Assembly: GCA_964016885.1 (NCBI GenBank)
Contig: CAXHJY010001043.1
Coordinates: forward strand, 1 to 64,000
Direction: 5' to 3'
Length of the DNA: 64,000 nucleotides
Source of the DNA: Eledone cirrhosa
Lineage: Eukaryota
The translations under genes and the position numbers were made by a program. The notes beneath the pieces were generated by a model. That model saw only the letters and a list, made by a program, of their open reading frames with translations, made no database searches and was not told where the DNA came from. Shown here in pieces: positions 14,378 to 27,677 of this stretch (position 1 is the first letter of the stretch; each line of letters opens with the position of its first letter).

Positions 14378-14650
14378 TGGAGGTGCATGGCCTAGTGGTA
14401 AGGTGTTGGATTTATGGTCATAACATTATGGGTTCGATTCCTGGATTGAGTTGCGTGTTGTGTTCTTGAGTAAAACACTTCATTTTCCATTGCTCCAGTA
14501 TACTCAGGTGAAAATGAGTACCAGCAATAGCTGGTTAACCCTGTGATGGACTGGCATCCTGTCCAGGGGAAAATCTTGTACTCTCAGTCACTTCATGCCA
14601 CAGAAACCGAGATAAATACCAGCCTGATGAGTTTTCGGGCATGAGACAGA
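14378..14650 (+). mobile_element. tRNA-derived SINE inserted into a SINE of the preceding family
   Basis: TGGCCTAGTGG A box, GGTTCGATTCC B box; flanked by tattttattga on both sides (target-site-duplication-like). Confidence 0.75.
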
Positions 14651-15636
14651 GATATTTTATTGACCTCAATGGTATTTCCACCATCTTTGAAATTGTGGAA
14701 TTGACGGTTGACAGATATAGCATCAGCTTATATTTAGTTCCCAAAACATATTTTCATCACCGAAGTACGCATGCATGCACGTACACACATAGAAATACAC
14801 ACATACATTTAGCAATTTTCTCATATACGAGATAGAGGTCAATATTTTTACTTTCTATAAAAAAAAAAAATAACAAATAACCAAAACAAAAGTGAAATGT
14901 CTGTGGAGATGGTTTGACTTTATAAAAGATGTGTCGTAAATAAATGATGTCATGGATGTGGTATGGGAGCTGGATATAATATATAAACAGATTTAGGCAG
15001 TCCTATATTGTGTCATTGAGTTATTGATACTTTAACAGACGATATAGGGGAATGATTGAAAAATTACATTTTACCCCAACAACAACAAGAAAGTGAATAA
15101 ATGACTCCTTTAAAACCCCCCCCAAAAAAACCAGAAATGGTTGATAAATATATTTTTTTCATTAATGAAATTAGTAAATATTCTTAATTTCATTTTAAAG
15201 AAGTATTAATATTTGTTCGACTGATGATCCTGTGACTTTATATGACTGCAAACAATTAGGATGGTTATGGAAAGAGTTAAATGACAGAAGGAAAGAAATT
15301 GGCTAAAAAGGATTTTTATAAAGTCATTCTTAAATTAAATTATTGACACCTGTTATAATATAGGTGTTTTTTTCATTTTAAGTTAACAATATGTATCACT
15401 GGTTTTTGGCAATCTCTGACAATTTTGCATCATTTAATCAATTACAATAATTTTATACAAGATTTCATTTAATCGTTATTAAACGATGTAATTTTAAATA
15501 TTTTCTTTTAGTAATAAACAATTCTGAAAGTCTTCTTTTTCCCTTAGTTCCTTTTGCTCCCCATTGAGCGATGAGATCTCCATTCCACATTGATCAATGA
15601 GAGATGTCCATTCCATGTTGTTACAAGTCTTGTCAA

Positions 15637-15730
15637 GGACCTGCTCCTAAGCTAGGTACCTGCTCCTGAGCCAGGTACCTGCTCCTGAGTTAGGTACCTC
15701 CTTCTGAGCCAGGGACCTGGTCCTAAGCCA
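15637..15730. repeat. 20-bp minisatellite (aggtacctgctcctgagcc.), ~4.5 copies
   Basis: Visible tandem units. Confidence 0.8.
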
Positions 15731-16454
15731 TTTCAGCAGCAATTTTGATTAATGAATTAATGTAAGTAGAATTGCTAGCCTTGTGCTCCATCCGTCCTTC
15801 CTTCTTAACAGAGAAAACTAAGCTAATGTTTCAAAGTCAAGAGGAGGAGGATGTAACCTTGTATAGGGGCCCATACATAGAAAAGAGATAAAATGATATG
15901 ACATGTACTATTTCCATTTACATGTTGCAATATTTCCTTTCCTTTTATTAATAAATCATTCTGAATTTACATATACAGATCAATTAGGTACCATTTATTT
16001 TCATTTTATTGCCTTATTGCCATCATTCTATTCATTAATATTGGTTTCTGATTTAGGCACAAGGCCAACAATTTTGGGGAAGGGAAAGTCGATTAAATCG
16101 ACACCAGTGCATTACTGGTATTTTATTTTATCGACCCCATTAATATTATTACCTGATTAGGTATGGCAATTGCTGAAGATTGCCAAAATTCAGTGATATT
16201 TAATGTCTACTTAAAACAAAGGACTAGCTACGGTTTGTTTTCTTTTACTTAAAAGTTCAAATCTACTACAGAAGTTTCGTTGTGATTTCAGGCAAGAGAG
16301 TCTTTTAGTTATATGTGCCTTTGTTGTTTAAGTATAGTTGTCAGAATTAAAAGAAAAAAATTTTTTTAATCTTTTCCTGGTGGTGGAGAGATCAATGGTG
16401 GCAAAGTCAACTATTGATGAATACCACTGATTAAGTCAATTGTCTCACTTCTGT

Positions 16455-16515
<61 letters not shown>

Positions 16516-16793
16516 ATATATATATATTGTATATAATCCTCTGTGTATGTTTCCATGGGTGTGTGGGGGATAGGGAAACCGGTTATCTTGAGAGAGAGAG
16601 AGTGCGTGAAAGGAAGGGTAATGGTAGAGAGAAAAGGTGGGGAACACAATCTAATGGTGAGAAATGCTGTGGGAAGAATTAAATTATTTTGAACTGGAAG
16701 ATATAAACAAATACACAAAAGATAGGGATATTCTGTCAGACTTTGTGATGTTTTTTTTTCTGCTGGTTTCCTAATTTCCTGATTTATGGAGAA

Positions 16794-17010
16794 TCATCAT
16801 CATCATCATTTCATTTTACGTCCGCTTTTTCCCTGCTTGCAAGGGTGGGACGGGAACTGATTCTGGCTTGATTTCTACAGCTGGATGCCCTTCCTAACAC
16901 CAACCTCATTTACAGTGAGTGCTGGGTGCTTTTTTGCCGTGGCACCTCCACGACCACTTTGCAGTGGAATGATAGGGACCTCAGTCCCTATCATCTCATT
17001 TCTACAGCTG
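16794..17010 (-). mobile_element. 3' half of the RTE-partner SINE
   Basis: Nearly identical to 6239-6448. Confidence 0.85.
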
Positions 17011-17483
17011 AGAATAAATGTAACATTTTTGTTAACATATTTCTAATGGAAGTCACTACCTATAATTTTCAAATAATTTAAAAAGGAAATAAAGGAAATT
17101 TGATCAAAATATCCTTATATCTTTATTTCTAGTAATCCCCCTCCCCTACAAAAAAAATTGACATGTAATCCTTGATTATTTGAAAAACTGTATTTTATTA
17201 GAAATATGGTTGTAAAAGAGTTATCTCTTTTTAATTGGTAGTCTTGTATTTCTAAAGAAGTGGTTCCAAAACATTTTCTTTCACTCACAGTGCACTTTAG
17301 AACAAGTAAAAATATTTTGGTGCACTTTGTGACTAAATTTAAATATTTATTTAAATATATTAGTTGAGCTAAGAAATATAAATACTGAAAAACACAAAAA
17401 AATGAGATGTACTTCCTTATGAATTTCAGTTTGTATTTTTCACATTATGAAACAGAATCTTGCACCTTTGTGACACATCTAAT

Positions 17484-17774
17484 CTGGGCCAGATTTAATG
17501 GGGGCAATTGCCCTGGGCCCCTGCAGTGGGGAGCCCACAAGTGACAGCTGTAGCAATTTATTTGTGGCCTCAGCTGGGCTATTTAGTTTTAAGATGGCTA
17601 AAATTTTAAAATTTAATACCTGTATGTATAACTTCAATTCCAATTACTTGTGTCACACTAACTTTGATATGTAAAATTGGGGGTTTTGCTGTGTATTCTA
17701 ATTTTTTTTGTGCATGAGCGCCATTCCCAAACCTGAAGTGCCCCGAGCCCTTCCAAGGTCTAAATCCAACCCTG
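17484..17774. mobile_element. hAT-type MITE nested in an older MITE (~17258-17815)
   Basis: Ends ctgggccagattta / taaatccaaccctg; 8-bp TSD catctaat/cacctaat. Confidence 0.65.
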
Positions 17775-18880
17775 CACCTAATTACATCTCACAGTGCACT
17801 GTTTGAGAAACCCTGCTTTAATATTTGGAGTTTCTTTCTTGATTTAATGAAGTCTAGAGGAGTTTATGTAAAGCAGCAGAGTCTATTATTGTTGTTTGGA
17901 TAACAAAACCAATGGAAAATAAACATTGGATGAGTGACAAAAGGAATAGGACAGAAAAGTAAATAAAAACATGTCGACGATTGCTCTCCTTGTTCAATCA
18001 ATGGAGCAGCCTGATCATGAAATTAACATGTAAGTGACTGAGCATTCCACAGGCACGTTGTATCTTTAATATAATTCTCAAGGAGATTTAGCATGACACA
18101 GTGACAAAGCTGGTCCTTGAAATTACAAGCAGAGTCCATGAACAGTTTCCGTTTACCCAATTTCACTGAAAATAATTTGGATTAACCAAAGTCTATGGTA
18201 AAAGACACTTGCCCAAGATTCCATGTAGTGGGATTGAACCTGGGTTCTAAGGATTGCAAAGTGAACTTTATTATACAGCCATGCTGCATCGACTAAAGTA
18301 AACAGATATAGAAAGAAGTTTAATAGAGTGAGAGAGACTCACACACACCATGAGAAAAATCTGTAGACTATGAACATGCTAACAAAGAGAGAGGAGGGAG
18401 AAGAGAGAGAGAGGAAGAGGAGGGAGAAAGAAAGACATAATGAATGTAAAATGTAATTAACTAAACAGTCTTTTTTTGTTAATTTTTGGTAACCAGATTT
18501 GAATGTATGGTAATATCTTAACACCATGTCATTAAAACATTAAAAATTTAGGTCATATTATATGCTTCCTCCTTCATTTATTTATAAAATTTAAATTTTA
18601 TTTAAATTTTATTTAAATATGATTTCCAAGAAGAAATACGTGTATGGAGGGAGGAGAGAAGAAGAGTAATGAATAAAGATAGAGTTTTTTTTTTAATTTT
18701 TATAAAAGTTTTTTTTATTTTTTGATACCTGTGATGTGGAATATTTCCAATTTCTATAAAAATAAAATGATACATCTTCTCTATGTACATTTCAAAAATT
18801 TTTCTTTCATAATCATTATTATTAATAATGGTGGCTGCCCATAGTTCTGCTGGGAGAGAAAAATTATACCACGATGGGAC

Positions 18881-19190
18881 CATACTTTATATATAATTGT
18901 TTCTACTTTTGGCACAAGGCCAGCAATTATCTCAATGTATTACTGGTACTTTATTTTATCGACCCCGTAAGGATGAAAGGCAAAGTTAACCTCGGCGGGA
19001 TTTGAACTCTGACCATAAAGGGCCGTAACTCTTTGCTGCAAAGCATGGCGTCCGGCCCTCTACCGATACTGCCAATCCACTGTACTTTATATATAATTGT
19101 TTCTATTTTTAGGCACAAGGCCAGCAATTACCCAGTACATTACTGGTACTTTATTTTATCGACCCCGTAAGGATGAAAGGCAAAGTTAAC
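18881..19190 (-). mobile_element. Meta-like SINE, tandemly part-duplicated
   Basis: 18883-18990 repeated at 19083-19190; near-identical to 25105-25295. Confidence 0.8.
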
Positions 19191-19370
19191 AATAATGACA
19201 TATAGTCAGTCAGCAAAAACTACAAAATTATTTATAGAAAAAAAACAAAACAATTGAGACTGAAAAAGAAGTGTTTCAAAGAAAAGAGTAATGGTGAAAC
19301 TTTTCACTTCTTATTTTTTTAAAACCAGATTTTCATTGATTTTTGGTAATGGCGTATGTACTGTTTATGT

Positions 19371-19730
19371 AGGCAGACTGACCATACAGGCATTGGGGTA
19401 ATAACTGGTGGACCACCTGACATTGGGGTAATGACTGGTGGACCACCTGGTGGGTCAACTGACATTAGGGTAATGACTGATGAACCACCTGACATTGGGG
19501 TAATGACTGGTGGGTCACCTGGTGGATCAGTTGACATTGGGTAATGTCTGGTGGGTCACCTGATATTGGGGTAATGACCGATGGACCACCTGGTGGGTCA
19601 ACTGACATTGGGGTAATGACTGGTGGACTACCTGACATTGGAGTAATGACTGGTGGGTCAACTGACATTGTGTTAATGACTGGTGGACAACCTGATATTG
19701 GGATAATGACTTATGGGCCACCTGGCTGGT
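19371..19730. repeat. 30/42-bp minisatellite (gacattggggtaatgactggtggaccacct[ggtgggtcaact]) at a transposon end
   Basis: ~10 tandem units; downstream flank homologous to 61775-61900. Confidence 0.9.
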
Positions 19731-21954
19731 TAAAAAAAAACAAAAATAAAAACAACGTAAGGATGCCAAAGAAAACTGAAGTCATAGCTGCTGTGCAAAA
19801 ATTGAAACAAAAATGAAACATACCTTAGCTGAGCACTGAAAACATACCTCAGACCCTCAGCAGTTTGTTAGTCAATGTTGTCTGGGTCAGTTTTAAGACC
19901 AAGTCTAGTTTCTAGTTACAATATGATTGATATTTTTAATTTGCTTCTCCAGCCGTTAGCTACACCCTCCCCTTCCTGTTATGAAGCATACAATGCAACC
20001 TTTTCACTACATAGGACACCTTTTATTTAAATTTATTTTCCCTGTAGACTCCTGGCTATAAATACTTCCCTCTCAGATTGTTATATAGTGAGAATAAGAA
20101 CTGAGAGAAATATCTAAACATAGAGAAGAATGTATAGACAATATTATGCTTTCAACAAAGTACTTGGTTTTTTGAAACCCCTGATATAATGATAGGGTTC
20201 CTAACATTAAAACACCCTAGAAACCTTGAATGAGATGACACCTCATGGGAAGCCAGCTAAATCTGCACAAGTATTACCTGTAGCAACTTCATGCTATAAT
20301 GAAGTTAGACTCTAACAACCACTCTCTAGTTATATATATATCTATTGACTAGTTCAATGGTTACCAACCTTTTCTCTACAAAAGAGCCTTTTATCTATAA
20401 TATTTCTTTCTGTATAATACAAATTGAAGTGGCTTGTGTTAGGAAAGGCATTCAGCTGTAGAAACCATACCAAAAGGGAATATATGAGTAAGACACAGTC
20501 ATGTGGTCTGCTTGTCTTGCCACAGATCATAATAACCTGTCTAACCCATGCAAACATGGTGATGGTATCCACACATATTTCACTACAATGTTCATATTCT
20601 CATGAGAGTATAATTATATTGATGCTTTTTACAAATCTAATTTCTATTATATATTTATTTCAAATCATTATTGTGTGTAAAGAAACAAAGTAATATCTGT
20701 TTAGCAAATAACAACTTCACTGCATGAGAATTATTGTCTTATTATTCAAGAAGGAAAAAATATATATTTCAACAATAGTTTGGCTTCAGTTGAAACAATC
20801 TTATCAAAACATAACAGATCTTACGTAGTTCCTTTATAAATATATTTTATCAATTTCCTGTCTTTGAGACAAACAATGCTCAGTTACACTCATTTTAAAA
20901 TAAAAAATATTGTTAATATATCAAATACCAATTGTAAACAACTGTTAACATGTATTTACAACCTTGTCCTTAATTTTAGCTTAAAATTTCTTGTTTCTCA
21001 TCAACCCCACACCACTACAATTACCCCCTCCCAGACTGTTATAGAAGAGAAATGTTTATACATAGAGAAAAATGGACTGACAAGATCTGTAAAAACAAAA
21101 ATAATTGCTAACCATAGGCACTGCTCATGTTATTTTCAAAATTATCTTACAATTGTAGACAGTGTCTTTTATTAGAAATATGACATTGAAAGGGTTAAAG
21201 ACATAGGCAGTGTCTTTCATTTGAAAGGGTTAAAGACATAGGTAGTGTCTTTCATTTATAATAAGGATTTCTAGTATAGGCACAAGGCCAGTAATTTGGG
21301 ACAGGGGAGTCGATTAAATCTACCCCCAGTACGTTACTGGTGCTTAATGAAAGGGCTAAACCAGTAGTTATGACAGTCAATCAGTAGAGAGGGTGGAGGG
21401 CTTTATATTCTATCACTAGCAGTGCTATATTAAGTTACAGGCCTAACACTAATCTATGTATGGTGTGATTGTGTATGTAGGGACTTCAGTGTATTGCTTT
21501 GTTCAGGGCCCACTGGGTCCAGGGACCCACTACTAATCTATGTATGTTGTGATTGTGAAAGTGCAGTGCTGGGGCCTATAGTGTTATTAAGACTGCCCTG
21601 AGGGCTAAGGATAAACTGTTGACAACTTGAAAACAGGAGATAAGCATTGGCTAGCCTAGTAAAGCATGGCAGACCATGAGGGGTAATAATTTCTAACTTT
21701 AGCACAAGACCACCACAAATTGTGGTAGGAAGGTGTAGACAATTCATTTAACCCACCCTAATACTTATCTCTCTGTGTGCCAAAAATGTACTGGTATGTC
21801 ATACTTCCCATTTCTTGTGTGCCAAAAAGATACCAGTGTGTTTAGTTTAGTTTGTAAACCACAGGCCCAGACAAAATAAACAAAGAAAATTTGATTAAAA
21901 TATCTCTATTTTATTTTTAACAATTTAAAAAAAAATGCAGATGTTATCATGAAA

Positions 21955-22185
21955 TCCTGGCTTGGAGCAGTAAAATAGCCCCAAAATAACCCAACATAGG
22001 CCTTTAACTTCTCATGCAGTGGTAGGACTGTTGTAATCCTGACTAGGTGCAGTAAAATACCCCCAAAAATGACCTAACCTAGGCCTTTAACCTTTCATGC
22101 CATGCTAGGACTGCAATAATCCTGGCTAGGTGCAGTAAAATACCCCACCAAAAGCCTTTAACCTCTCATGCAGTGGAAGGACTGC
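21955..22185. repeat. Degenerate ~85-bp tandem repeat, ~3 copies
   Basis: Recurring gcagtaaaata..ccc and gcctttaac..ctcatgc. Confidence 0.7.
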
Positions 22186-22212
22186 TATTTAGGACATTCT
22201 TCTCCAGGTCTG

Positions 22213-22248
<36 letters not shown>

Positions 22249-22712
22249 CAACACCAGTATTGGAATGGTATTTTATAGACTTTGAAGTGACCTTGATGAG
22301 AATTGATTACAGAGAATTGATAACTGGAACGAATATCAGAAAGTATTCAACCAAATACAAAACTAGCACTCAAAGAGTTGATTATCTCTGATACAAAATA
22401 TTTTTTTAAATAAACTAAATCTCAAATATTTTGTCAGATATTTCTATTTCTGCCACTCAAACCATTTAAAAGTAATAATAATTAATAAGGAAGTAAAGAA
22501 ATAATGAAAAAAAAAGAAAAAGAAAGATGTGTAGGCCTAGAAAAAAATACTGCTAGCATCATTCCAAAAGAAAATTATTTTTACTGACTTTATATATAGG
22601 TTGGAAGGGGTACAATAATTCTAAGTGCTTACAACCTCAAAAGAACATAATCCAGCCCTGACTACCATGCACAAGAAAATGTTGTGTGAAACTCCCAGAA
22701 GGACCTGAAACA

Positions 22713-23140
22713 GCAGTGTAACCACAGTGTGCACTTATGTTTGGATTGAATGGAAAAGGTTCATCTACTAACTATAACAGTATAGACACAGTGTATACAT
22801 ATGTTTTGACTGGCTGGAGGTGTATTTCACTAACTGTAACAACAGTGTAACCACAGTGTATACTTATATTTCGACTGATTGGAGAAGGTATATTCCCTAA
22901 CTGTAACCACAGTGTAGCCACAGTATACACTTATGTTTTGACTGACTGGAGAAGGTAAATTTCACTAAGTGTTACAACAGTGTAACCAGTGTATACTTAT
23001 ATTTTGACTTACTGGAGAAGGTATATTTCACTAACTGTAACAACAGTGTACACTTATATGGAGAAGGTAAATTCATTAACTGTAACCACAGTCGAGTCAG
23101 TGTACACTTATGTTTTGACGGATTGTAGAAGGCCTATTTC
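22713..23140. repeat. Degenerate ~65-bp tandem repeat, ~7 copies
   Basis: Recurring cagtgtatacttat.ttttgactga.tggagaaggtatatttcactaactgtaac. Confidence 0.85.
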
Positions 23141-23801
23141 AGTGATTTTTAAACTTTTCACTACAAATGACCCATTTTATTTAAACAAATTTCCTCATGG
23201 ACCCTGCCTACAATGACTCCCCTCCCAGCTTGTTATACAGTGATAACAATAATCAAAAGAGAGAAATGTTTATTCTTAGAGAAGAATGACTCCTCAATAG
23301 TTTGTATGTATTATGTTGATAACAATGTACTTAGAATTGTTATGTAATGATGAGAACTGAAAGAGAGAAATGTAAATATTTAGAGAAGAATGGATAGCCA
23401 ATAGTGTATATTATGATAATTTTGAGGATACCAGGTTGAAAACTGCTGGTCTATTTACGAACTGTAACAGCATAACAAAGCCAAAGAACAATGAAGATCA
23501 TGTTTAAAAATATATATATACATATATATATCTCGAAAAAATATCGACAAATCTTATTATTTCAAGCAATAGCAACTGATGGAGAAAAAAAATTTTTTTA
23601 AAATAAAACTTTTTCAATATGATTTCTTTGCCTCTTTAAATTTTTTTCTTATTATTTATTATTATTATTTATTTTATTATTATTATTATTATTTATTTTA
23701 CTTAAAAAATTTTTTTTAGAAAATATGATGGAAAGATTTTTGTTCAGAAAATTTTATATAATAAACAATTTGTTTTGTTTTGTTTTATTTTTTGTATTAA
23801 T

Positions 23802-23894
23802 TACCGTATTTTTTAGAATCTAAGATGCACCCTTGTTTTCAAGAAAAAAAGGTTTTGGGAAAAAAAGTTAATATATAGTGACATATACATGGCT

Positions 23895-23930
<36 letters not shown>

Positions 23931-24030
23931 CATTTTATTATATTCATACCTTTAGTATATAAGACTCAAGCAGGTTTTGACGTCAAATTTAGGGGTAAAA
24001 ATATGCATCTTATACACAGAGAAATACGGA
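23802..24030. mobile_element. pogo/Tigger-type MITE
   Basis: Termini taccgtattt...taagatgca / tgcatcttata...aaatacgg. Confidence 0.65.
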
Positions 24031-24625
24031 ATACTATTTAGGCAATGTTAATGAAACTTTCTCTTTTAGTGTTAATATTTTTCATTGGTTGTTTTCTTCT
24101 TATTATTTATTTTCCTTTTCCTCAATTTTCTTTTTTTTTCAAATTCAAAAATGTTAAGGCAAAGAAAAAAAAACCATTTTATAGAAGAAACAGAATTGTA
24201 ATGTAATGTAATAGTTTTAAACCCCAAACCATTCAGCTATATAAATAGAAGATCTGATTTCTATCTAAATGATATTTATATGCACCAAATTAGCAGGAAA
24301 TAGAGCTCTGTAACTAAAACATACACACGTGATTCCAAATGTTGATCGCAAATAGGAATACAGATTACAATTTGAAATGCAGAGGTTAAATTAGAAAAAA
24401 AAAAATTTGAAGTCAATTACTTATATCCATATGTATACAAACATAAATACATACACGCGTGCACACATACATGTATATATATATATATATTATGTATAAA
24501 TGGAGTCTGCAGTACTGAGACTGAGGAGACCACTAATCATGTGAGTACTCAATAAATGGGGAGATGTAGAGTGAGTATAGAGATATGTAAAATCTGGACC
24601 ATGGTGCCGCGGTCAGGATTTTACA

Positions 24626-24678
<53 letters not shown>

Positions 24679-24800
24679 GCACACTCTCACACATATATAC
24701 ATGTATAGGCACACACACATATATGTATACACACACACATTTATATACATATATCTCCACATACGCATATATATACACACATATGTATAATATATATAGC

Positions 24801-24848
<48 letters not shown>

Positions 24849-25104
24849 CACACACACACAGATTGACATGTACTGACTTTCCCAAAATCCATTTTGACTG
24901 TGTTATATATTTGCATGGTTGCTTGTATGTATTTTTTATTTAGAAATGATGGCATTAGATACATATGAATTCATACTATGAGCTAAGGTAGACTTAGCAT
25001 TCTGATACCCATTCTTGATAAGTATAGAGTGCAGATACCACCCACCCATGTAGAGAGAGAGTAGCATGATATGAAATTGTAAAGATCTAGTCATATAGTA
25101 AGTA

Positions 25105-25295
25105 ATAATTGTTTCTACTTTTGGCACAAGGCCAGCAATTACCCAGTACATTACTGGTACTTTATTTTATCAACCCCGTAAGGATGAAAGGCAAAGTTAA
25201 CCTCGGCGGGATTTAAACTCAGAATGGTAAGGGCCATAACTCCAAGCGTGAAAGCATGGCATCCGACCCTCTACCGAAACTGCCAATCCACCGCA
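25105..25295 (-). mobile_element. Meta-like tRNA-derived SINE
   Basis: Minus strand gcggtggattggcag...gagtttaaatcccgccgaggttaactttgcctttcatccttacggggttgataaaataaagtaccag. Confidence 0.8.
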
Positions 25296-25513
25296 CACCA
25301 CCCTCTACACATTTCTCAGCAAGTACATATGTAAATTATATATATATATATACTACCCCTGGATTTTGTTGTGATGGTGTTCACAACTTTTTAAAAAATT
25401 CATAGCAGACGGCTGTAAAATGTTTTTCATAAACATCATATATACAACACCTACATATATGTGTATAATGCTATGTTGGAACACCAATACTAATTTTTTT
25501 CTAATATTTAATA

Positions 25514-25553
<40 letters not shown>

Positions 25554-25795
25554 AACCAAGGTCCATTGAGCTTTTTTTTTGAGAAAAATTATCATCATAC
25601 ATATTAAATATGTATTGATACCTTAACTATGTATATATATATATATATTTAAAGTTTTCACTCCGACATAACTGTATACATATAAGTATATGAATTTTGT
25701 ATATTTAATAATATATGCTATGTTTACAAATATACATTTGGAAAGCTTTTTAGCTAGCGCCAACTATCGGGTTCTAGCAGAAGCAGTGGGGTGCA

Positions 25796-25836
25796 ACTGC
25801 CAACGCATTTCTGGTTCAGGCTGTCATCAGGACAGT
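25796..25836 (-). ncRNA. Type I minimal hammerhead ribozyme motif (decayed)
   Basis: actgtc-CTGATGA-cagcctgaacca-GAAA-TGCG-TT-ggcagt: 6-bp stem I, intact core, near-palindromic ATGCGT; stem II degraded. Confidence 0.62.
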
Positions 25837-25895
25837 GCTTCCCCCATCCTGCTCTCTCTATATATATTTCTACATATATACACGTGTGTGTGTGC

Positions 25896-25928
<33 letters not shown>

Positions 25929-26230
25929 AATCTATATGCGCACATAAACACATCCATAATCACATATGAATATATATTATATATAGTTGTGAGATTGAGG
26001 ACTCAGCACCATAGTAAAGATTAAGTCTTGAGTCCTGTTACTCTGGATTTTAACCTGTGTACTCAGAAGGCCTTTGTTAATGACCCTATGAGTACACAAA
26101 AGAAACTCTAGGGTAACAAGACTCAAACTTGGCCTTATAAATATATATATACATGCACATCCACAAACACACACACATATATATATTAGACACTTTACAA
26201 TAAGTACAAGTCTACAAGACATAATTCATA

Positions 26231-26270
<40 letters not shown>

Positions 26271-26789
26271 CATTTTCAAATATGATATTAAAAATATTTT
26301 AGAAATAGCTGAAATTGTTCTAAGAAAAATTATTCAGTAAACTGCCTTTTATTCATAATTCTATAGAATTCCTACATAAAATTATTTTATAGAAATTTAA
26401 AATTTTACATAATTACATTACAGTGTTATTTTAATATTTCAAAATGTCCAAAAAATAAAATAAAATTTTAAGATAGAAAATACTTTTGAAAAAAAACAAA
26501 AAAACTATCGCCTTTGTGTGTTTTACAATACCATTTTGTATTACTGTAATAAAACAATGAAATTTCATTGATTTTTTTACAATTTTTTTGTTCATTTGTT
26601 CTCTGATGAAACAACTGAGTGATTCTTAGAAAAGGGAAGGACTACAGTGAGTAGAAACCTGAAGTTATTCATCTAAAAAGGGACCACAGACATTTTATAA
26701 TTTAATGAAAAAAAAAAGCATATATGTGCTGCTAACTATACAGCAACTGAAACAATTTTATCCCCAACATGGTCGTATTTCAATTGCAT

Positions 26790-26860
<71 letters not shown>

Positions 26861-26987
26861 TATATACACACATATATACACACACATATATATATACACA
26901 TATATACATACATATATATATACATATATATACATACATATATATATACACATATACACACACACATACATGCATATATATATACAC

Positions 26988-27023
<36 letters not shown>

Positions 27024-27030
27024 TACACAC
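26790..27030. repeat. (TA)n/(CA)n/(TG)n compound microsatellite
   Basis: Direct reading. Confidence 0.95.
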
Positions 27031-27209
27031 ACAATTTTTTAACATGATATTTTATAACAAGAAACTTCATAATATAATATATTTTAAACAAAAAGAGAAA
27101 GGGAGATAGAGAAAGAGAGAGAAAATTTCTTTGTTCAATATAACAATTAATAAAACAATGAGTCAAAATTAATAATAGTAATAATAATAATAAGAAATAA
27201 TAATGATAA

Positions 27210-27430
27210 TAGTTTCTAATTTAGGCACAAGACCAGCAATTTGTGGGGAGGGGAAAGTCGATTATATCAACCCCAGCACTTGACTGGTACTTTAATTTTA
27301 TCGACCTCGGAAGGATGAAAGGCAAAGTTGACCTCGTCCAGATTTGATCTCAGAATCTAAAGAGCTGTAACTAAATGCTGCATGGCATTTTGTCCAACGC
27401 TATAACAATTCTGCCAATCTACCGCCCTAA
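27210..27430 (-). mobile_element. Meta-like SINE just downstream of the TESK stop (probably in the 3'UTR)
   Basis: Full family consensus with (TAA)n flanks. Confidence 0.8.
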
Positions 27431-27677
27431 TAATAATACTAATAATAATGATAATAATAAATAATAATAATAATGATAATAATGATGATAGCAATAATAA
27501 CAACAACCACCATTATTATTATTTGAAATATTTCTTCAACTTTTAACTGTTATATTAAGTTATATATACTTTATCAAGAAAAAACAAGAAAAAATAGCCC
27601 CTGCTACCTTTGTGTTTTGTTAACAAAGACAAACAATAACAGAAACAACAACAACAACTAAAAATAAAACCCTGGTG

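Noticed and set aside
14620-14650. CTGATGA as a hammerhead core (also at 13215, 15221, 26603, 55210)
   Set aside because: No properly placed stem II, GAAA and stem I complementarity
19319-19816. Gly/Pro-rich ORFs
   Set aside because: Translations of the minisatellite on both strands; no splice or domain support
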